A DNA stretch of 64,000 bases from NCBI RefSeq assembly GCF_058153355.1, contig NZ_CM177019.1, one strand, 5' to 3'. Below are positions 42,219 through 56,537 of the stretch, one piece after another (the first letter of the stretch is position 1; each line of letters begins with the position of its first letter). The position numbers and the translations under genes were made by a program. The notes under the pieces were generated by a model. It saw only the letters and a program-made list of their open reading frames with translations, was not told where the DNA came from and did not search any database.

Positions 42219-42281
42219 ATTTAGCGGTGAAGAGTGCGCAGCCGTTGCCTATACTCCAGGCAGGAAACTGGAGGAAATCTC

Positions 42282-43784
42282 ATGAGCGAACCCCTGTTAA
42301 TTGCCCGCACGCCGGACACAGAACTGTTTTTACTGCCGGGAATGGCTAACCGTCACGGGCTGATTACTGGCGCAACGGGGACGGGTAAAACCGTTACGCT
42401 GCAAAAACTGGCAGAGTCATTGTCGGAAATCGGTGTTCCGGTGTTTATGGCCGATGTGAAAGGTGATTTAACGGGAGTAGCGGAGGAAGGTACATCTTCG
42501 GAAAAACTGCTCGCAAGGCTGAAAAATATCGGCGTCAATGACTGGCAACCACATGCTAATCCGGTGGTGGTGTGGGATATCTTTGGCGAGAAAGGCCACC
42601 CGGTGCGGGCGACGCTTTCAGACCTGGGGCCGCTGTTGCTGGCGCGACTGTTGAATCTCAACGATGTGCAATCTGGCGTGCTGGATATCATCTTCCGCAT
42701 TGCTGATGATCAGGGGCTGTTACTGCTCGACTTTAAAGATTTGCGGGCGATTACCCAGTACATCGGCGATAACGCCAAATCCTTCCAGAATCAGTACGGT
42801 AATATCAGTAGCGCATCGGTTGGTGCCATCCAGCGCGGGCTGTTATCGCTGGAACAGCAAGGCGCAGCACACTTCTTTGGTGAGCCGATGCTGGATATCA
42901 AAGACTGGATGCGTACCGATACCAACGGTAAAGGCGTTATCAATATCCTCAGCGCCGAGAAGCTTTATCAGATGCCGAAACTGTACGCCGCCAGCCTGCT
43001 GTGGATGCTTTCAGAGTTATATGAACAATTGCCTGAAGCGGGCGATCTGGAGAAACCAAAACTGGTGTTTTTCTTCGACGAAGCACATCTGCTGTTTAAC
43101 GATGCACCGCAGGTACTGCTGGATAAGATTGAGCAGGTGATAAGGCTTATTCGCTCAAAAGGCGTGGGCGTCTGGTTCGTTTCGCAAAACCCGTCAGATA
43201 TCCCGGATAACGTGCTCGGGCAGCTCGGTAATCGCGTTCAACACGCTTTGCGTGCTTTTACGCCTAAAGATCAGAAAGCAGTAAAAGCTGCGGCGCAAAC
43301 CATGCGGGCCAATCCGGCGTTTGATACCGAAAAGGCAATCCAGGAACTGGGGACCGGCGAGGCGTTAATCTCGTTTCTCGATGCGAAAGGAAGCCCTTCA
43401 GTGGTGGAACGGGCGATGGTGATTGCCCCCTGTTCACGAATGGGGCCGGTGACGGAAGATGAGCGTAACGGCCTGATTAATAACTCCCCGGTGTATGGCA
43501 AGTACGAGGATGACGTGGACCGGGAATCCGCCTATGAGATGTTGCAAAAAGGCTTTCAGGCCAGTACCGAGCAGCAAAATAATCCTCCCGCGAAAGGGAA
43601 AGAGGTGGCGGTGGATGACGGTATTCTTGGTGGATTGAAGGATATTTTGTTTGGCACTACCGGACCACGCGGCGGGAAGAAAGATGGTGTGGTGCAAACA
43701 ATGGCGAAAAGCGCCGCCCGCCAGGTGACGAATCAGATTGTGCGTGGTGTGCTGGGGAGTTTGCTGGGGGGGAGAAGAAGGTAA
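42282..43784 (+). CDS. yjgR: DUF853-family P-loop NTPase YjgR (start at [12 protein letters not shown])
   Basis: 500 aa; Walker A GATGTGKT; synteny. Confidence 0.85.
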   Translation: MSEPLLIARTPDTELFLLPGMANRHGLITGATGTGKTVTLQKLAESLSEIGVPVFMADVKGDLTGVAEEGTSSEKLLARLKNIGVNDWQPHANPVVVWDIFGEKGHPVRATLSDLGPLLLARLLNLNDVQSGVLDIIFRIADDQGLLLLDFKDLRAITQYIGDNAKSFQNQYGNISSASVGAIQRGLLSLEQQGAAHFFGEPMLDIKDWMRTDTNGKGVINILSAEKLYQMPKLYAASLLWMLSELYEQLPEAGDLEKPKLVFFFDEAHLLFNDAPQVLLDKIEQVIRLIRSKGVGVWFVSQNPSDIPDNVLGQLGNRVQHALRAFTPKDQKAVKAAAQTMRANPAFDTEKAIQELGTGEALISFLDAKGSPSVVERAMVIAPCSRMGPVTEDERNGLINNSPVYGKYEDDVDRESAYEMLQKGFQASTEQQNNPPAKGKEVAVDDGILGGLKDILFGTTGPRGGKKDGVVQTMAKSAARQVTNQIVRGVLGSLLGGRRR

Positions 43785-43802
43785 GTCAGGTGCGATTTGT
43801 CT

Positions 43803-43842
43803 TTGCCTGATGCGACGCTGGCGCGCCTTATCATGCCTACAC
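43803..43842. repeat. REP element
   Basis: TGCCTGATGCGACGCTGGCGCGCCTTATCATGCCTAC REP-like palindrome. Confidence 0.5.
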
Positions 43843-43944
43843 TACTGCAATATATTGAATTTTCATGATTTTTCAGGCATGAACGAAGCACACTTTGCTA
43901 ACAATAATAAAGGGAGCTTTCGCTCCCTTTATTCGTTCATCCAG

Positions 43945-45027
43945 TTACGATTTTCTCATTAACAGCCACAGGCTGATTAAGAAGAAGCTGGCGCTTGGCA
44001 ACAGTGCGCCGATGATCGGCGGGATGCCGTAAACCAGCGTCAGCGGGCCGAAGATCTGGTCCAGTACGTAGAAGACAAAACCGAAGCTGATACCGGTGAC
44101 CACACGCACGCCCATCGGCACGCTACGCAGTGGGCCGAAGATGAACGACAGCGCCATCAGCATCATCACCGCCACGGATAACGGCTGGAAGATTTTGCTC
44201 CACATGTTGAGCTGATAACGTCCGGCATCCTGACCGCTCGACTTCAGATACTTCACGTAGTTGTGCAAACCACTGATGGAGAGTGCATCCGGGTCCAGCG
44301 CCACCACGCCCAGTTTGTCCGGCGTGAGGTTGGTTTTCCAGGTACCGCTCACCGTCTGTGAACCAGTGATCTGTTTCGGATTGGTCAGATCAGATTCATC
44401 AACCTGCGACAGACGCCAGACTTTATGTTCCGGGTCAAACTTCGCGGTAGCGGCATAGCGTACAGATTGCAGACGACGATTCTCATTAAAGGCATAGATA
44501 CTGATGCCACCTAACTCTTCGTCACCTTTAACCCGCTCAATGTAGACGAAGTTGTTGCCATCTTTTGCCCATAAACCTTGCTGGGTAGAGAGCAACGAGC
44601 CACCGTACATCGCCTGCGCACGGTAGTTACGCGCCATCTGCTCGCCCTGCGGTGCGACCCATTCGCCAATCGCCATCGTCAACAAGACCAGCGGAATGGC
44701 GGTTTTCATCACCGACAGTGCCACCTGCATACGGGTAAAACCAGAAGCCTGCATGACCACCAGTTCGCTGCGCTGCGCCAACATCCCAAGACCAAGCAAC
44801 GCCCCAAGCAGAGCCGCCATCGGGAAGAAGATTTGCACATCTTTCGGCACGCTCAGCAAGGTATACATTCCTGCGCCTAACGCGTCGTAACTCCCCTGCC
44901 CGGCTTTTTTCAGCTGATCGACAAACTTGATAATGCCCGACAGCGACACCAGCATGAACAGCGTCATCATGATGGTGGTGAAAATAGTTTTACCGATATA
45001 GCGGTCAAGTACGCCAAAAGGTTGCAT
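43945..45027 (-). CDS. lptG: LPS export ABC transporter permease LptG
   Basis: 360 aa; MQPFGVLDRYIGKTIF...; overlaps lptF stop. Confidence 0.95.
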   Translation of the reverse strand: MQPFGVLDRYIGKTIFTTIMMTLFMLVSLSGIIKFVDQLKKAGQGSYDALGAGMYTLLSVPKDVQIFFPMAALLGALLGLGMLAQRSELVVMQASGFTRMQVALSVMKTAIPLVLLTMAIGEWVAPQGEQMARNYRAQAMYGGSLLSTQQGLWAKDGNNFVYIERVKGDEELGGISIYAFNENRRLQSVRYAATAKFDPEHKVWRLSQVDESDLTNPKQITGSQTVSGTWKTNLTPDKLGVVALDPDALSISGLHNYVKYLKSSGQDAGRYQLNMWSKIFQPLSVAVMMLMALSFIFGPLRSVPMGVRVVTGISFGFVFYVLDQIFGPLTLVYGIPPIIGALLPSASFFLISLWLLMRKS

Positions 45028-46127
45028 CACACCGCTCCTTTACGCGAAAAACTGGCGCGCAGGCGGCGGACCGGCACGGTGTCCCAAAGGTTGAGAACAA
45101 TCGCCAAAGCCAGATAAATCAGGTTAACGGTCCACATCCACAGCGTCGGGTCCAGCTTACCTTTACCGCCGTTCGATTTCAGGGAGGTCTGGATCAGGAA
45201 GAACAACAGATACAGCAGCATGGCTGGCAGCATCGACAGTACGCGTCCCTGACGCGGGTTAACCACGCTCAACGGTACAACCATAAGTGCCATCATAAAC
45301 ACGGTGAATACCAACGTGATACGCCAGTTCAGTTCTGCGCGGGCACGATCGGTGTCAGTGTTCCACAATGTGCGCATGTCCATCTGGTCGGTATCGTTCG
45401 GATCGAGCGCCACCGCCTGGTGACCAATGATCGCCTGATAATCCTGGAAGTCCGTAATGCGGAAATCGCGTAACAGTGCAGTGCCTTCGAAGCGCGTTCC
45501 CTGGTTGAGAGTGACGACCTGGGAGCCGTCGCGCAGCTGGGTTAAATGTCCGGAATCGGCCACCACCACAGAAGGACGTGCATTACCTTTTGGTCGAATT
45601 TGCGCGAGGAACACATCTTTGAAATCGCTGCCGTCAACGCTTTCGATGAACAGCACCGAGCTGCCATTAGTCGCTTGCTGGAATTGCCCTTGCGCCAGCG
45701 CCGCCATGCCAGGGTTCGCTTTCGCTTCTGCTAACACTTCATCCTGATGACGCGATGACCACGGTCCCGCCCACATCACGTTAACCGCCGCGACGATTGC
45801 CGTGAATACCGCAAGGATCATTGCCGCTTTCACCAGCACCGCTTTGCTCAGGCCGCAGGCATGCATTACCGTAATTTCACTTTCGGTATACAGTTTGCCC
45901 AGCGTCATCAGCAGCCCGAGGAACAGGCTTAATGGCAGGATAAGCTGCGCCATTTCCGGCACGCCCAACCCGAGAAGGGAGAGCACCAGATTCGCCGGAA
46001 TATCGCCGTCAACCGCTGCGCCGAGGATCCTCACTAACTTTTGACAGAAGAAGATCAAAAGCAAGATGAAGAGTATCGCCAGCTGGCTTTTGAGCGTCTC
46101 CCGCACCAGATATCTTATGATTATCAC
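45027..46127 (-). CDS. lptF: LPS export ABC transporter permease LptF
   Basis: 366 aa; MIIIRYLVRETLKSQ... Confidence 0.95.
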   Translation of the reverse strand: MIIIRYLVRETLKSQLAILFILLLIFFCQKLVRILGAAVDGDIPANLVLSLLGLGVPEMAQLILPLSLFLGLLMTLGKLYTESEITVMHACGLSKAVLVKAAMILAVFTAIVAAVNVMWAGPWSSRHQDEVLAEAKANPGMAALAQGQFQQATNGSSVLFIESVDGSDFKDVFLAQIRPKGNARPSVVVADSGHLTQLRDGSQVVTLNQGTRFEGTALLRDFRITDFQDYQAIIGHQAVALDPNDTDQMDMRTLWNTDTDRARAELNWRITLVFTVFMMALMVVPLSVVNPRQGRVLSMLPAMLLYLLFFLIQTSLKSNGGKGKLDPTLWMWTVNLIYLALAIVLNLWDTVPVRRLRASFSRKGAV

Positions 46128-46390
46128 TTTAAATACGCCCGTAAAAACTCGTCTTTTGCAGGATTTTAGCTTGTTTCATGGCTTAAACGTCATTTATTCT
46201 CTTGAGTCGTCGAAATCGTCGCTAAGATAATTATACTCAACGGATTCACCTCTCAGATTTTGTTCTGACGTGCCAATGCCGTAATAACGTTAAGATTAAC
46301 ACGAAGTCATCGCAACAGCGGACATGAGTTACGAAAGCTTGCAATTCTATCTGTAGCCACCGCCGTTGTCTTTAAGATTCAGGAGCGTAG

Positions 46391-47905
<1,515 letters not shown>

Positions 47906-47924
47906 TTGCATCAGGCTGTGTTGT

Positions 47925-48035
<111 letters not shown>

Positions 48036-48067
48036 CATATTTAAATCCACCACAAGAAGCCCCATTT

Positions 48068-48511
48068 ATGAAAAACGCGACGTTCTACCTTCTGGACAAT
48101 GACACCACCGTCGATGGCTTAAGCGCCGTTGAGCAACTGGTGTGTGAAATTGCCGCAGAACGTTGGCGCAGCGGTAAGCGCGTACTCATCGCCTGTGAAG
48201 ATGAAAAGCAGGCTTACCGGCTGGATGAAGCCCTGTGGGCGCGTCCGGCAGAAAGCTTTGTTCCGCATAATTTAGCGGGAGAAGGACCGCGCGGCGGTGC
48301 GCCGGTGGAGATCGCCTGGCCACAAAAGCGTAGCAGCAGCCCGCGCGATATATTGATTAGTCTGCGAACAAGCTTTGCAGATTTTGCCACCGCTTTCACA
48401 GAAGTGGTAGACTTCGTTCCTTATGAAGATTCTCTGAAACAACTGGCGCGCGAACGCTATAAAGCCTACCGCGTGGCTGGTTTCAACCTGAATACGGCAA
48501 CCTGGAAATAA
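48068..48511 (+). CDS. holC: DNA polymerase III chi subunit
   Basis: 147 aa; TAATG overlap with valS as in E. coli. Confidence 0.94.
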   Translation: MKNATFYLLDNDTTVDGLSAVEQLVCEIAAERWRSGKRVLIACEDEKQAYRLDEALWARPAESFVPHNLAGEGPRGGAPVEIAWPQKRSSSPRDILISLRTSFADFATAFTEVVDFVPYEDSLKQLARERYKAYRVAGFNLNTATWK

Positions 48512-51366
48512 TGGAAAAGACATACAACCCACAAGATATCGAACAGCCGCTTTACGAGCACTGGGAAAAGCAGGGCTACTTTAAGCCTAATGGCGATGAA
48601 AGCCAGGAAAGTTTCTGCATCATGATCCCGCCGCCGAACGTCACCGGCAGTTTGCATATGGGTCACGCCTTCCAGCAAACCATCATGGATACCATGATCC
48701 GCTATCAGCGCATGCAGGGCAAAAACACCCTGTGGCAGGTCGGTACTGACCACGCAGGGATCGCTACCCAGATGGTCGTTGAGCGCAAGATTGCCGCAGA
48801 AGAAGGTAAAACCCGTCACGACTACGGCCGCGAAGCTTTCATCGACAAAATCTGGGAATGGAAAGCGGAATCCGGCGGCACCATTACCCGTCAGATGCGC
48901 CGTCTCGGCAACTCCGTCGACTGGGAGCGTGAACGCTTCACCATGGACGAAGGCCTGTCCAATGCGGTGAAAGAAGTTTTCGTTCGTCTGTATAAAGAAG
49001 ACCTGATTTACCGTGGTAAACGCCTGGTAAACTGGGACCCGAAACTGCGTACCGCAATCTCTGACCTGGAAGTGGAAAACCGCGAATCGAAAGGTTCGAT
49101 GTGGCACATCCGCTATCCGCTGGCTGACGGCGCGAAAACCGCAGACGGTAAAGATTATCTGGTGGTTGCGACCACTCGCCCGGAAACCCTGCTGGGCGAT
49201 ACCGGCGTGGCCGTTAACCCGGAAGATCCGCGTTACAAAGATCTGATTGGCAAATATGTCATTCTGCCGCTGGTTAACCGTCGTATTCCGATTGTTGGCG
49301 ACGAACACGCCGATATGGAAAAAGGCACCGGCTGCGTGAAGATCACTCCGGCGCACGACTTTAACGACTATGAAGTCGGTAAACGTCACGCCCTGCCGAT
49401 GATCAACATCCTGACCTTTGACGGCGATATCCGTGAAAGCGCTCAAGTGTTCGATACTAAAGGTAACGAATCTGACGTTTATTCCAGCGAGATCCCAGCA
49501 GAGTTCCAGAAACTGGAGCGTTTTGCTGCGCGTAAAGCGGTCGTTGCCGCGGTTGACGCACTCGGCCTGCTGGAAGAAATTAAACCGCACGACCTGACCG
49601 TTCCTTACGGCGACCGTGGCGGCGTGGTTATCGAACCGATGCTGACCGACCAGTGGTACGTACGTGCCGACGTGCTGGCGAAACCGGCGGTTGAAGCGGT
49701 TGAGAACGGCGACATTCAGTTCGTACCGAAGCAGTACGAAAACATGTACTTCTCCTGGATGCGCGATATTCAGGACTGGTGTATCTCTCGTCAGCTGTGG
49801 TGGGGTCACCGCATCCCGGCATGGTATGACGACGCGGGTAACGTTTATGTTGGCCGCAACGAAGACGAAGTGCGTAAAGAAAATAACCTCGGTGCTGATG
49901 TTGCCCTGCGTCAGGACGAAGACGTTCTCGACACCTGGTTTTCCTCCGCGCTGTGGACCTTCTCCACGCTCGGCTGGCCGGAAAACACCGACGCCCTGCG
50001 TCAGTTCCACCCAACCAGCGTGATGGTATCTGGTTTCGACATCATCTTCTTCTGGATTGCCCGCATGATCATGATGACCATGCACTTCATCAAAGATGAA
50101 AATGGCAAACCGCAGGTGCCGTTCCACACCGTTTACATGACCGGCCTGATTCGTGATGACGAAGGCCAGAAGATGTCCAAATCCAAGGGTAACGTGATTG
50201 ACCCGCTGGATATGGTTGACGGTATTTCGCTGCCGGAACTGCTGGAAAAACGTACCGGCAATATGATGCAGCCGCAGCTGGCGGACAAAATCCGTAAGCG
50301 CACCGAGAAGCAGTTCCCGAACGGCATTGAGCCGCACGGTACTGACGCGCTGCGCTTCACCCTGGCGGCGCTGGCTTCTACCGGTCGTGACATCAACTGG
50401 GATATGAAGCGTCTGGAAGGCTACCGTAACTTCTGTAACAAGCTGTGGAACGCCAGCCGCTTTGTGCTGATGAACACAGAAGGTCAGGATTGCGGCTTCA
50501 ACGGCGGCGAAATGACGCTGTCGCTGGCGGACCGCTGGATTCTGGCGGAGTTCAATCAGACCATTAAAGCGTACCGCGAAGCGCTGGACAGCTTCCGCTT
50601 CGATATCGCCGCAGGCATTCTGTATGAATTCACCTGGAACCAGTTCTGTGACTGGTATCTCGAGCTGACCAAGCCGGTAATGAACGGTGGCACCGAAGCA
50701 GAACTGCGCGGTACTCGCCATACGCTGGTGACTGTACTGGAAGGTCTGCTGCGCCTCGCGCATCCGATCATTCCGTTCATCACCGAAACCATCTGGCAGC
50801 GTGTGAAAGTACTTTGCGGCATCACCGCTGACACCATCATGCTGCAGCCGTTCCCGCAGTACGATGCGTCTCAGGTCGATGAAGCCGCACTGGCCGACAC
50901 CGAGTGGCTGAAGCAGGCGATCGTTGCGGTACGTAACATCCGTGCAGAAATGAACATCGCACCGGGTAAACCGCTGGAGCTGCTGCTGCGTGGTTGCAGC
51001 GCGGATGCAGAACGTCGCGTAAATGAAAACCGTGGCTTCCTGCAAACGCTGGCGCGTCTGGAAAGCATCACCGTGCTGCCTGCCGATGACAAAGGTCCGG
51101 TTTCTGTTACGAAGATCATCGACGGTGCAGAGCTGCTGATCCCGATGGCTGGCCTCATCAACAAAGAAGATGAGCTGGCGCGTCTGGCGAAAGAAGTGGC
51201 GAAGATTGAAGGTGAAATCAGCCGTATCGAGAACAAACTGGCGAACGAAGGCTTTGTCGCCCGCGCACCGGAAGCGGTCATCGCGAAAGAGCGTGAGAAG
51301 CTGGAAGGCTATGCGGAAGCGAAAGCGAAACTGATTGAACAGCAGGCTGTTATCGCCGCGCTGTAA
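48511..51366 (+). CDS. valS: Valine--tRNA ligase
   Basis: 951 aa; class I synthetase HIGH ([14 protein letters not shown]) and KMSKS motifs. Confidence 0.97.
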   Translation: MEKTYNPQDIEQPLYEHWEKQGYFKPNGDESQESFCIMIPPPNVTGSLHMGHAFQQTIMDTMIRYQRMQGKNTLWQVGTDHAGIATQMVVERKIAAEEGKTRHDYGREAFIDKIWEWKAESGGTITRQMRRLGNSVDWERERFTMDEGLSNAVKEVFVRLYKEDLIYRGKRLVNWDPKLRTAISDLEVENRESKGSMWHIRYPLADGAKTADGKDYLVVATTRPETLLGDTGVAVNPEDPRYKDLIGKYVILPLVNRRIPIVGDEHADMEKGTGCVKITPAHDFNDYEVGKRHALPMINILTFDGDIRESAQVFDTKGNESDVYSSEIPAEFQKLERFAARKAVVAAVDALGLLEEIKPHDLTVPYGDRGGVVIEPMLTDQWYVRADVLAKPAVEAVENGDIQFVPKQYENMYFSWMRDIQDWCISRQLWWGHRIPAWYDDAGNVYVGRNEDEVRKENNLGADVALRQDEDVLDTWFSSALWTFSTLGWPENTDALRQFHPTSVMVSGFDIIFFWIARMIMMTMHFIKDENGKPQVPFHTVYMTGLIRDDEGQKMSKSKGNVIDPLDMVDGISLPELLEKRTGNMMQPQLADKIRKRTEKQFPNGIEPHGTDALRFTLAALASTGRDINWDMKRLEGYRNFCNKLWNASRFVLMNTEGQDCGFNGGEMTLSLADRWILAEFNQTIKAYREALDSFRFDIAAGILYEFTWNQFCDWYLELTKPVMNGGTEAELRGTRHTLVTVLEGLLRLAHPIIPFITETIWQRVKVLCGITADTIMLQPFPQYDASQVDEAALADTEWLKQAIVAVRNIRAEMNIAPGKPLELLLRGCSADAERRVNENRGFLQTLARLESITVLPADDKGPVSVTKIIDGAELLIPMAGLINKEDELARLAKEVAKIEGEISRIENKLANEGFVARAPEAVIAKEREKLEGYAEAKAKLIEQQAVIAAL

Positions 51367-51385
51367 TACTCATAGTGAAAACGAA

Positions 51386-51411
51386 GGCCGGAGCATACTC
51401 CGGCCTTTTTT
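51386..51411. terminator. Bidirectional intrinsic terminator between valS and yjgN (GGCCGGAG-CATA-CTCCGGCC + T tract)
   Basis: 8-bp GC-rich stem and TTTTTT seen in sequence. Confidence 0.65.
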
Positions 51412-51416
51412 ATCTC

Positions 51417-52190
51417 TTACAGAAATGGTAAAGAAGGCATAACTCCCCGAGAAATACTGGCTAAGAAGCCTTTATCTGGTTGTTCTTCTTTATTGATTAA
51501 AGGAAGGTCATCCAAATCGCCCAGCAAATACGTATTTTTTGCCTGCCAGTCAATCATCCATATTTTCAACAGTGGATAAGCCAGACCGCCCGTAATCCCG
51601 GATATCACCACCAACGCACACATGCGATAAAGCATACCGTGGTACGTTAAAGTTGAGCGAAAACGAATACGCCCATCATTCAGTGACAGGTTGCTCATAA
51701 AATGGTTTCGCAACGACACCGTTAAATAACTGGTGCTAACAGCAATCCCAAAATAATAGATTAACTGCGCGATTATCATTTTACGTTGCATTTCCATAAA
51801 TTGCTGTAAATTCTCAATGTCATCATTTGCATATACAGAACTATCATACGCATTTAATATTTGATCGAAGATAATATAACCAGCAACAGCGAGAAAAGGC
51901 AATAAAGCTAAAAATGCGAGAATGGCATATTTTATACAATACGTAGTATCTAATTTCACCTTGAAACGATGTATACCGAAACTGGTATTGCTCCAGAGAA
52001 AACTCATTACCAGACTATATAAAGTACCATTAAAAATACCAATGGAAACAATACCAACTATTGCCATCAGAACCATAGATATAATAACACTACTTGAACT
52101 ATTGGCATGTAGCATCTTTGTCGAGATAAAGAAAACAGTCCCCATCCCAACGGCCATTAAAATCGGCAAGAAAAAGGTCACCCACCAGAG
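51417..52190 (-). pseudogene. yjgN: yjgN C-terminal fragment (DUF898 inner membrane protein), separated from its 5' part by IS4
   Basis: Reading frame continuous with the fragment at 53617-54057 once the 1426-bp IS4 and one copy of the 12-bp duplication are removed. Confidence 0.8.
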
Positions 52191-53616
52191 TAATGCCGAT
52201 CAGTTAAGGATCAGTTGACCGATCCAGTGGCTGTGTAAGAATCCGGAAACGCTCACTTGTTTCCGGATTTTTTTATGCACATTGGACAGGCTCTTGATCT
52301 GGTATCCCGTTACGATTCTCTGCGTAACCCACTGACTTCTCTGGGGGATTACCTCGACCCCGAACTCATCTCTCGTTGCCTTGCCGAATCAGGTACTGTA
52401 ACGCTACGCAAGCGCCGTCTTCCCCTCGAAATGATGGTCTGGTGTATTGTTGGCATGGCGCTTGAGCGTAAAGAACCTCTTCACCAGATTGTGAATCGCC
52501 TGGACATCATGCTGCCGGGCAATCGCCCCTTCGTTGCCCCCAGTGCCGTTATTCAGGCCCGCCAGCGCCTGGGAAGTGAGGCTGTCCGCCGCGTGTTCAC
52601 GAAAACAGCGCAGCTCTGGCATAACGCCACGCCGCATCCGCACTGGTGCGGCCTGACCCTGCTGGCCATCGATGGTGTGTTCTGGCGCACACCGGATACA
52701 CCAGAGAACGATGCAGCCTTCCCCCGCCAGACACATGCCGGGAACCCGGCGCTCTACCCGCAGGTCAAAATGGTCTGCCAGATGGAACTGACCAGCCATC
52801 TGCTGACGGCTGCAGCCTTCGGCACGATGAAGAACAGCGAAAATGAGCTTGCTGAGCAACTTATAGAACAAACCGGCGATAACACTCTGACGTTAATGGA
52901 TAAAGGTTATTACTCACTGGGACTGTTAAATGCCTGGAGCCTGGCGGGAGAACACCGCCACTGGATGATACCTCTCAGAAAGGGAGCGCAATATGAAGAG
53001 ATCAGAAAACTGGGTAAAGGCGATCATCTGGTGAAGCTGAAAACCAGCCCGCAGGCACGAAAAAAGTGGCCGGGACTGGGAAATGAAGTGACAGCCCGCC
53101 TGCTGACCGTGACGCGCAAAGGAAAAGTCTGCCATCTGCTGACGTCGATGACGGACGCCATGCGCTTCCCCGGAGGAGAAATGGCGGATCTGTACAGTCA
53201 TCGCTGGGAAATCGAACTGGGATACAGGGAGATAAAACAGACGATGCAACTGAGCAGGCTGACGCTGAGAAGTAAAAAGCCGGAGCTTGTGGAGCAAGAG
53301 CTGTGGGGTGTCTTACTGGCTTATAATCTGGTGAGATATCAGATGATTAAAATGGCGGAACATCTGAAAGGTTACTGGCCGAATCAACTGAGTTTCTCAG
53401 AATCATGCGGAATGGTGATGAGAATGCTGATGACATTGCAGGGCGCTTCACCGGGACGTATACCGGAGCTGATGCGCGATCTTGCAAGTATGGGACAACT
53501 TGTGAAATTACCGACAAGAAGGGAAAGGGCCTTCCCGAGAGTGGTAAAGGAGAGGCCCTGGAAATACCCCACAGCCCCGAAAAAGAGCCAGTCAGTTGCT
53601 TAACTGACTGGCATTA
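52191..53616 (+). mobile_element. IS4 insertion sequence, complete (1426 bp), imperfect terminal inverted repeats TAATGCCGATCAGTTAAGG / CTTAACTGACTGGCATTA, flanked by 12-bp direct repeat CACCCACCAGAG (52179-52190 and 53617-53628)
   Basis: Terminal inverted repeats, exact IS4 length and perfect 12-bp target-site duplication all seen in sequence. Confidence 0.93.
52275..53603 (+). CDS. insG: IS4 transposase (InsG), 442 aa from MHIGQALDL
   Basis: DDE transposase; sequence matches recalled IS4 InsG. Confidence 0.92.
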   Translation: MHIGQALDLVSRYDSLRNPLTSLGDYLDPELISRCLAESGTVTLRKRRLPLEMMVWCIVGMALERKEPLHQIVNRLDIMLPGNRPFVAPSAVIQARQRLGSEAVRRVFTKTAQLWHNATPHPHWCGLTLLAIDGVFWRTPDTPENDAAFPRQTHAGNPALYPQVKMVCQMELTSHLLTAAAFGTMKNSENELAEQLIEQTGDNTLTLMDKGYYSLGLLNAWSLAGEHRHWMIPLRKGAQYEEIRKLGKGDHLVKLKTSPQARKKWPGLGNEVTARLLTVTRKGKVCHLLTSMTDAMRFPGGEMADLYSHRWEIELGYREIKQTMQLSRLTLRSKKPELVEQELWGVLLAYNLVRYQMIKMAEHLKGYWPNQLSFSESCGMVMRMLMTLQGASPGRIPELMRDLASMGQLVKLPTRRERAFPRVVKERPWKYPTAPKKSQSVA

Positions 53617-54057
53617 CACCCACCAGAGCCCTTTCATAGAGCAATTAAAACTAAATCTTACGCCGTTGAGACTGGTCATTAAGGCCTGATGACGCAGTCC
53701 TTTTGCTGCCATAAATATAAGCAAAACCAACAGTAACAAAGTCAAAACACAACCAACAAGCGGCATATCTGCTGACACTGTCATTAAGATTGCGAAATAG
53801 AAAAAAACAAAAACAAAAACAAGACAACTAACAAAAACATTCCCACCGGTAATTCCATAAGAAAATCGTTGTCCGTTAACTTCCATATTAGCATAAAGAT
53901 AACGCTTACATTTCATTAATGCCCATGGTAAATAGATACCTAACGTTATAATCGTTAACAACACATTCACCACACAAATAAGAAAATATCTCTCACCTGT
54001 ACCATGAAAAACAAACGAATGGGACGGAACATCCATTTCATTAATAACTTGAGCCAT
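53617..54057 (-). pseudogene. yjgN: yjgN N-terminal fragment (start MAQVINEMD), interrupted by IS4
   Basis: N-terminus of DUF898 membrane protein; reading frame runs into the IS4 right end. Confidence 0.8.
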
Positions 54058-54249
54058 AAAAAATCCCTGAATTAAAAAATCCATTGATATAACTTATATA
54101 TACAGACAGTAAAATGTTCTGCCACGTTACAATACTCTTATCAGTAATAGGCTGGCAAAAACTTTATTACTTTATAAGTCGCTTGCGCACGTAAGAAGAG
54201 AGTGGTATTAAACAAATGTATAATTACTTTATTTTTATTGGGTTAAACT

Positions 54250-54753
54250 ATGAATAACATTGCGCCGCAATCACCTGTAATGCGTCGCCTGACGCTGCAG
54301 GATAATCCTGCTATCGCCCGCGTCATTCGTCAGGTATCCGCCGAATACGGTCTTACCGCTGATAAAGGCTACACCGTCGCCGATCCGAATCTTGACGAGC
54401 TGTATCAAGTGTATAGTCAGCCTGGCCATGCATATTGGGTAGTTGAGTACGAGGGTGAAGTGGTCGGCGGCGGTGGGATAGCGCCATTAACCGGGAGTGA
54501 GTCGGACATTTGCGAACTGCAAAAGATGTATTTTCTTCCGGCTATCCGCGGCAAAGGGCTGGCAAAAAAACTGGCCTTAATGGCGATGGAGCAGGCGCGA
54601 GAGATGGGTTTCAAACGCTGCTATCTGGAAACGACAGCTTTTTTAAAGGAAGCCATTGCGCTTTATGAGCATTTGGGCTTTGAGCATATCGACTATGCGC
54701 TTGGCTGCACGGGCCATGTCGATTGTGAAGTACGGATGTTGCGCGAACTCTAA
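54250..54753 (+). CDS. yjgM: GNAT-family N-acetyltransferase YjgM
   Basis: 167 aa; acetyl-CoA binding motif (RGKGLAKKL). Confidence 0.85.
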   Translation: MNNIAPQSPVMRRLTLQDNPAIARVIRQVSAEYGLTADKGYTVADPNLDELYQVYSQPGHAYWVVEYEGEVVGGGGIAPLTGSESDICELQKMYFLPAIRGKGLAKKLALMAMEQAREMGFKRCYLETTAFLKEAIALYEHLGFEHIDYALGCTGHVDCEVRMLREL

Positions 54754-54794
54754 AAAAATGCCCGCGTGTTCAACTCGCGGGCATTCGAACATTA

Positions 54795-54895
54795 ACAACG
54801 TACGTTTTGTTTATGCCGGATGTGACATGAATGCCTTATCCGGGCAACAAATTCACCAGGTTGCAGGAACTACCTGGGCCTGATGCGCTACGCTT
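54795..54895. repeat. REP/BIME cluster between yjgM and rraB
   Basis: REP-like palindromes (GCCGGATGTGACATGAATGCCTTATCCGGGC ... GCCTGATGCGCTACGCTTA). Confidence 0.5.
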
Positions 54896-54897
54896 AA

Positions 54898-55314
54898 TTA
54901 GTGGCGAACTCCGTCATCGTCTTCATCGACAAAATCTTCATCGTCGCCATCTTCGCCGTTAGGATCTTCAAAGTAAGTGCCCCAACCGTCATACTCGACG
55001 TCAAATTTCTCCGCCAGCGTCATCAGTTGTTCCACCTGAGCATCAATCAGGTCGGCATTCAGGGCGCATTCGCTGAGGATGTCGCAGCAAATCACCACAT
55101 CACCATCCTCTACTTCCAGTTCTTCCGGATCGGTGACTTCATATCCGAGTTTAAACGCTTCTACCGCTGCTTTCTCCAGCGTTTCAAGGTCGTCTGCGGA
55201 AAGATGGTGCTCAATGGTGTACAGCGCATCTGGATCGCTGCCATCTTCCAGTAATTCTTCAATAATCAGACGTGTCTCTTCACGCTGCTCTTCCAGTTGT
55301 TCCGGGTTTGCCAT
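54898..55314 (-). CDS. rraB: RNase E inhibitor RraB
   Basis: 138 aa highly acidic protein [29 protein letters not shown]... Confidence 0.9.
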   Translation of the reverse strand: MANPEQLEEQREETRLIIEELLEDGSDPDALYTIEHHLSADDLETLEKAAVEAFKLGYEVTDPEELEVEDGDVVICCDILSECALNADLIDAQVEQLMTLAEKFDVEYDGWGTYFEDPNGEDGDDEDFVDEDDDGVRH

Positions 55315-55475
55315 GGCTCATTCCTCTTAATGTCCTGCCGATACTCTTATTGTCACACACCACTGACATTGCCTCCACCTTTGTGATAAAGATTTATGCT
55401 TTAGACTTGCAAATGAATAACCATACATATAAATTGAATTTTAATTCATTTAAGCGTTAGCCACAGGAGGGATCT

Positions 55476-56480
55476 ATGTCCGGGTTTTATCATAAGCATT
55501 TCCTGAAATTACTCGATTTCACGCCAGCTGAACTTAACAGCCTACTGCAGTTAGCCGCGAAGCTGAAAGCCGATAAGAAAAGCGGTAAAGAAGAAGCCAA
55601 ACTCACTGGTAAAAACATCGCGCTCATCTTCGAAAAAGACTCGACCCGTACCCGATGCTCTTTCGAAGTTGCCGCATATGACCAGGGTGCTCGCGTTACT
55701 TATCTCGGTCCAAGCGGCAGCCAAATTGGTCATAAAGAGTCGATTAAAGACACTGCCCGCGTGCTTGGTCGCATGTATGACGGTATTCAGTATCGCGGCT
55801 ATGGTCAGGAGATTGTCGAAACACTGGCGGAATACGCTGGCGTACCGGTATGGAACGGCCTGGCCAATGAGTTTCACCCCACGCAGCTGCTGGCGGATCT
55901 CCTCACCATGCAGGAGCATTTGCCCGGCAAAGCGTTCAACGAAATGACGCTGGTCTATGCAGGTGACGCACGTAACAACATGGGCAATTCGATGCTCGAA
56001 GCTGCAGCGCTTACCGGTCTGGATTTGCGTCTGGTCGCGCCACAGGCGTGCTGGCCAGAAGCTGCGCTGGTTACGGAATGCCGCGCCCTGGCACAACAAA
56101 ATGGCGGGAATATTACGCTGACGGAAGATGTAGCTAAAGGAGTTGAAGGTGCTGACTTTATCTATACCGATGTATGGGTGTCGATGGGTGAAGCAAAAGA
56201 AAAATGGGCTGAACGCATTGCATTACTGCGTGATTATCAGGTGAACAGCAAGATGATGCAGTTGACCGGTAACCCGGAGGTCAAATTCCTCCACTGCCTG
56301 CCCGCGTTTCATGACGACCAAACGACGCTTGGCAAAAAAATGGCGGAAGAGTTTGGCCTACATGGCGGAATGGAAGTGACTGATGAGGTCTTCGAATCTG
56401 CCGCCAGCATTGTATTTGATCAGGCGGAAAACCGCATGCATACCATCAAAGCGGTGATGGTCGCGACGCTCAGTAAATAA
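55476..56480 (+). CDS. argI: Ornithine carbamoyltransferase chain I
   Basis: 334 aa; carbamoyl-phosphate motif STRTR and ornithine-binding HCLP. Confidence 0.95.
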   Translation: MSGFYHKHFLKLLDFTPAELNSLLQLAAKLKADKKSGKEEAKLTGKNIALIFEKDSTRTRCSFEVAAYDQGARVTYLGPSGSQIGHKESIKDTARVLGRMYDGIQYRGYGQEIVETLAEYAGVPVWNGLANEFHPTQLLADLLTMQEHLPGKAFNEMTLVYAGDARNNMGNSMLEAAALTGLDLRLVAPQACWPEAALVTECRALAQQNGGNITLTEDVAKGVEGADFIYTDVWVSMGEAKEKWAERIALLRDYQVNSKMMQLTGNPEVKFLHCLPAFHDDQTTLGKKMAEEFGLHGGMEVTDEVFESAASIVFDQAENRMHTIKAVMVATLSK

Positions 56481-56537
56481 TTGACATCTCTATAAAGATG
56501 CCGGGAAATACAAAAAATATCCCGGCATCATATTATT

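Noticed and set aside
48466-51045. 859-aa ORF antisense to valS (and a 197-aa ORF at 46532-47125 antisense to pepA)
   Set aside because: Long shadow ORFs opposite highly conserved housekeeping genes; no motifs, biased composition.
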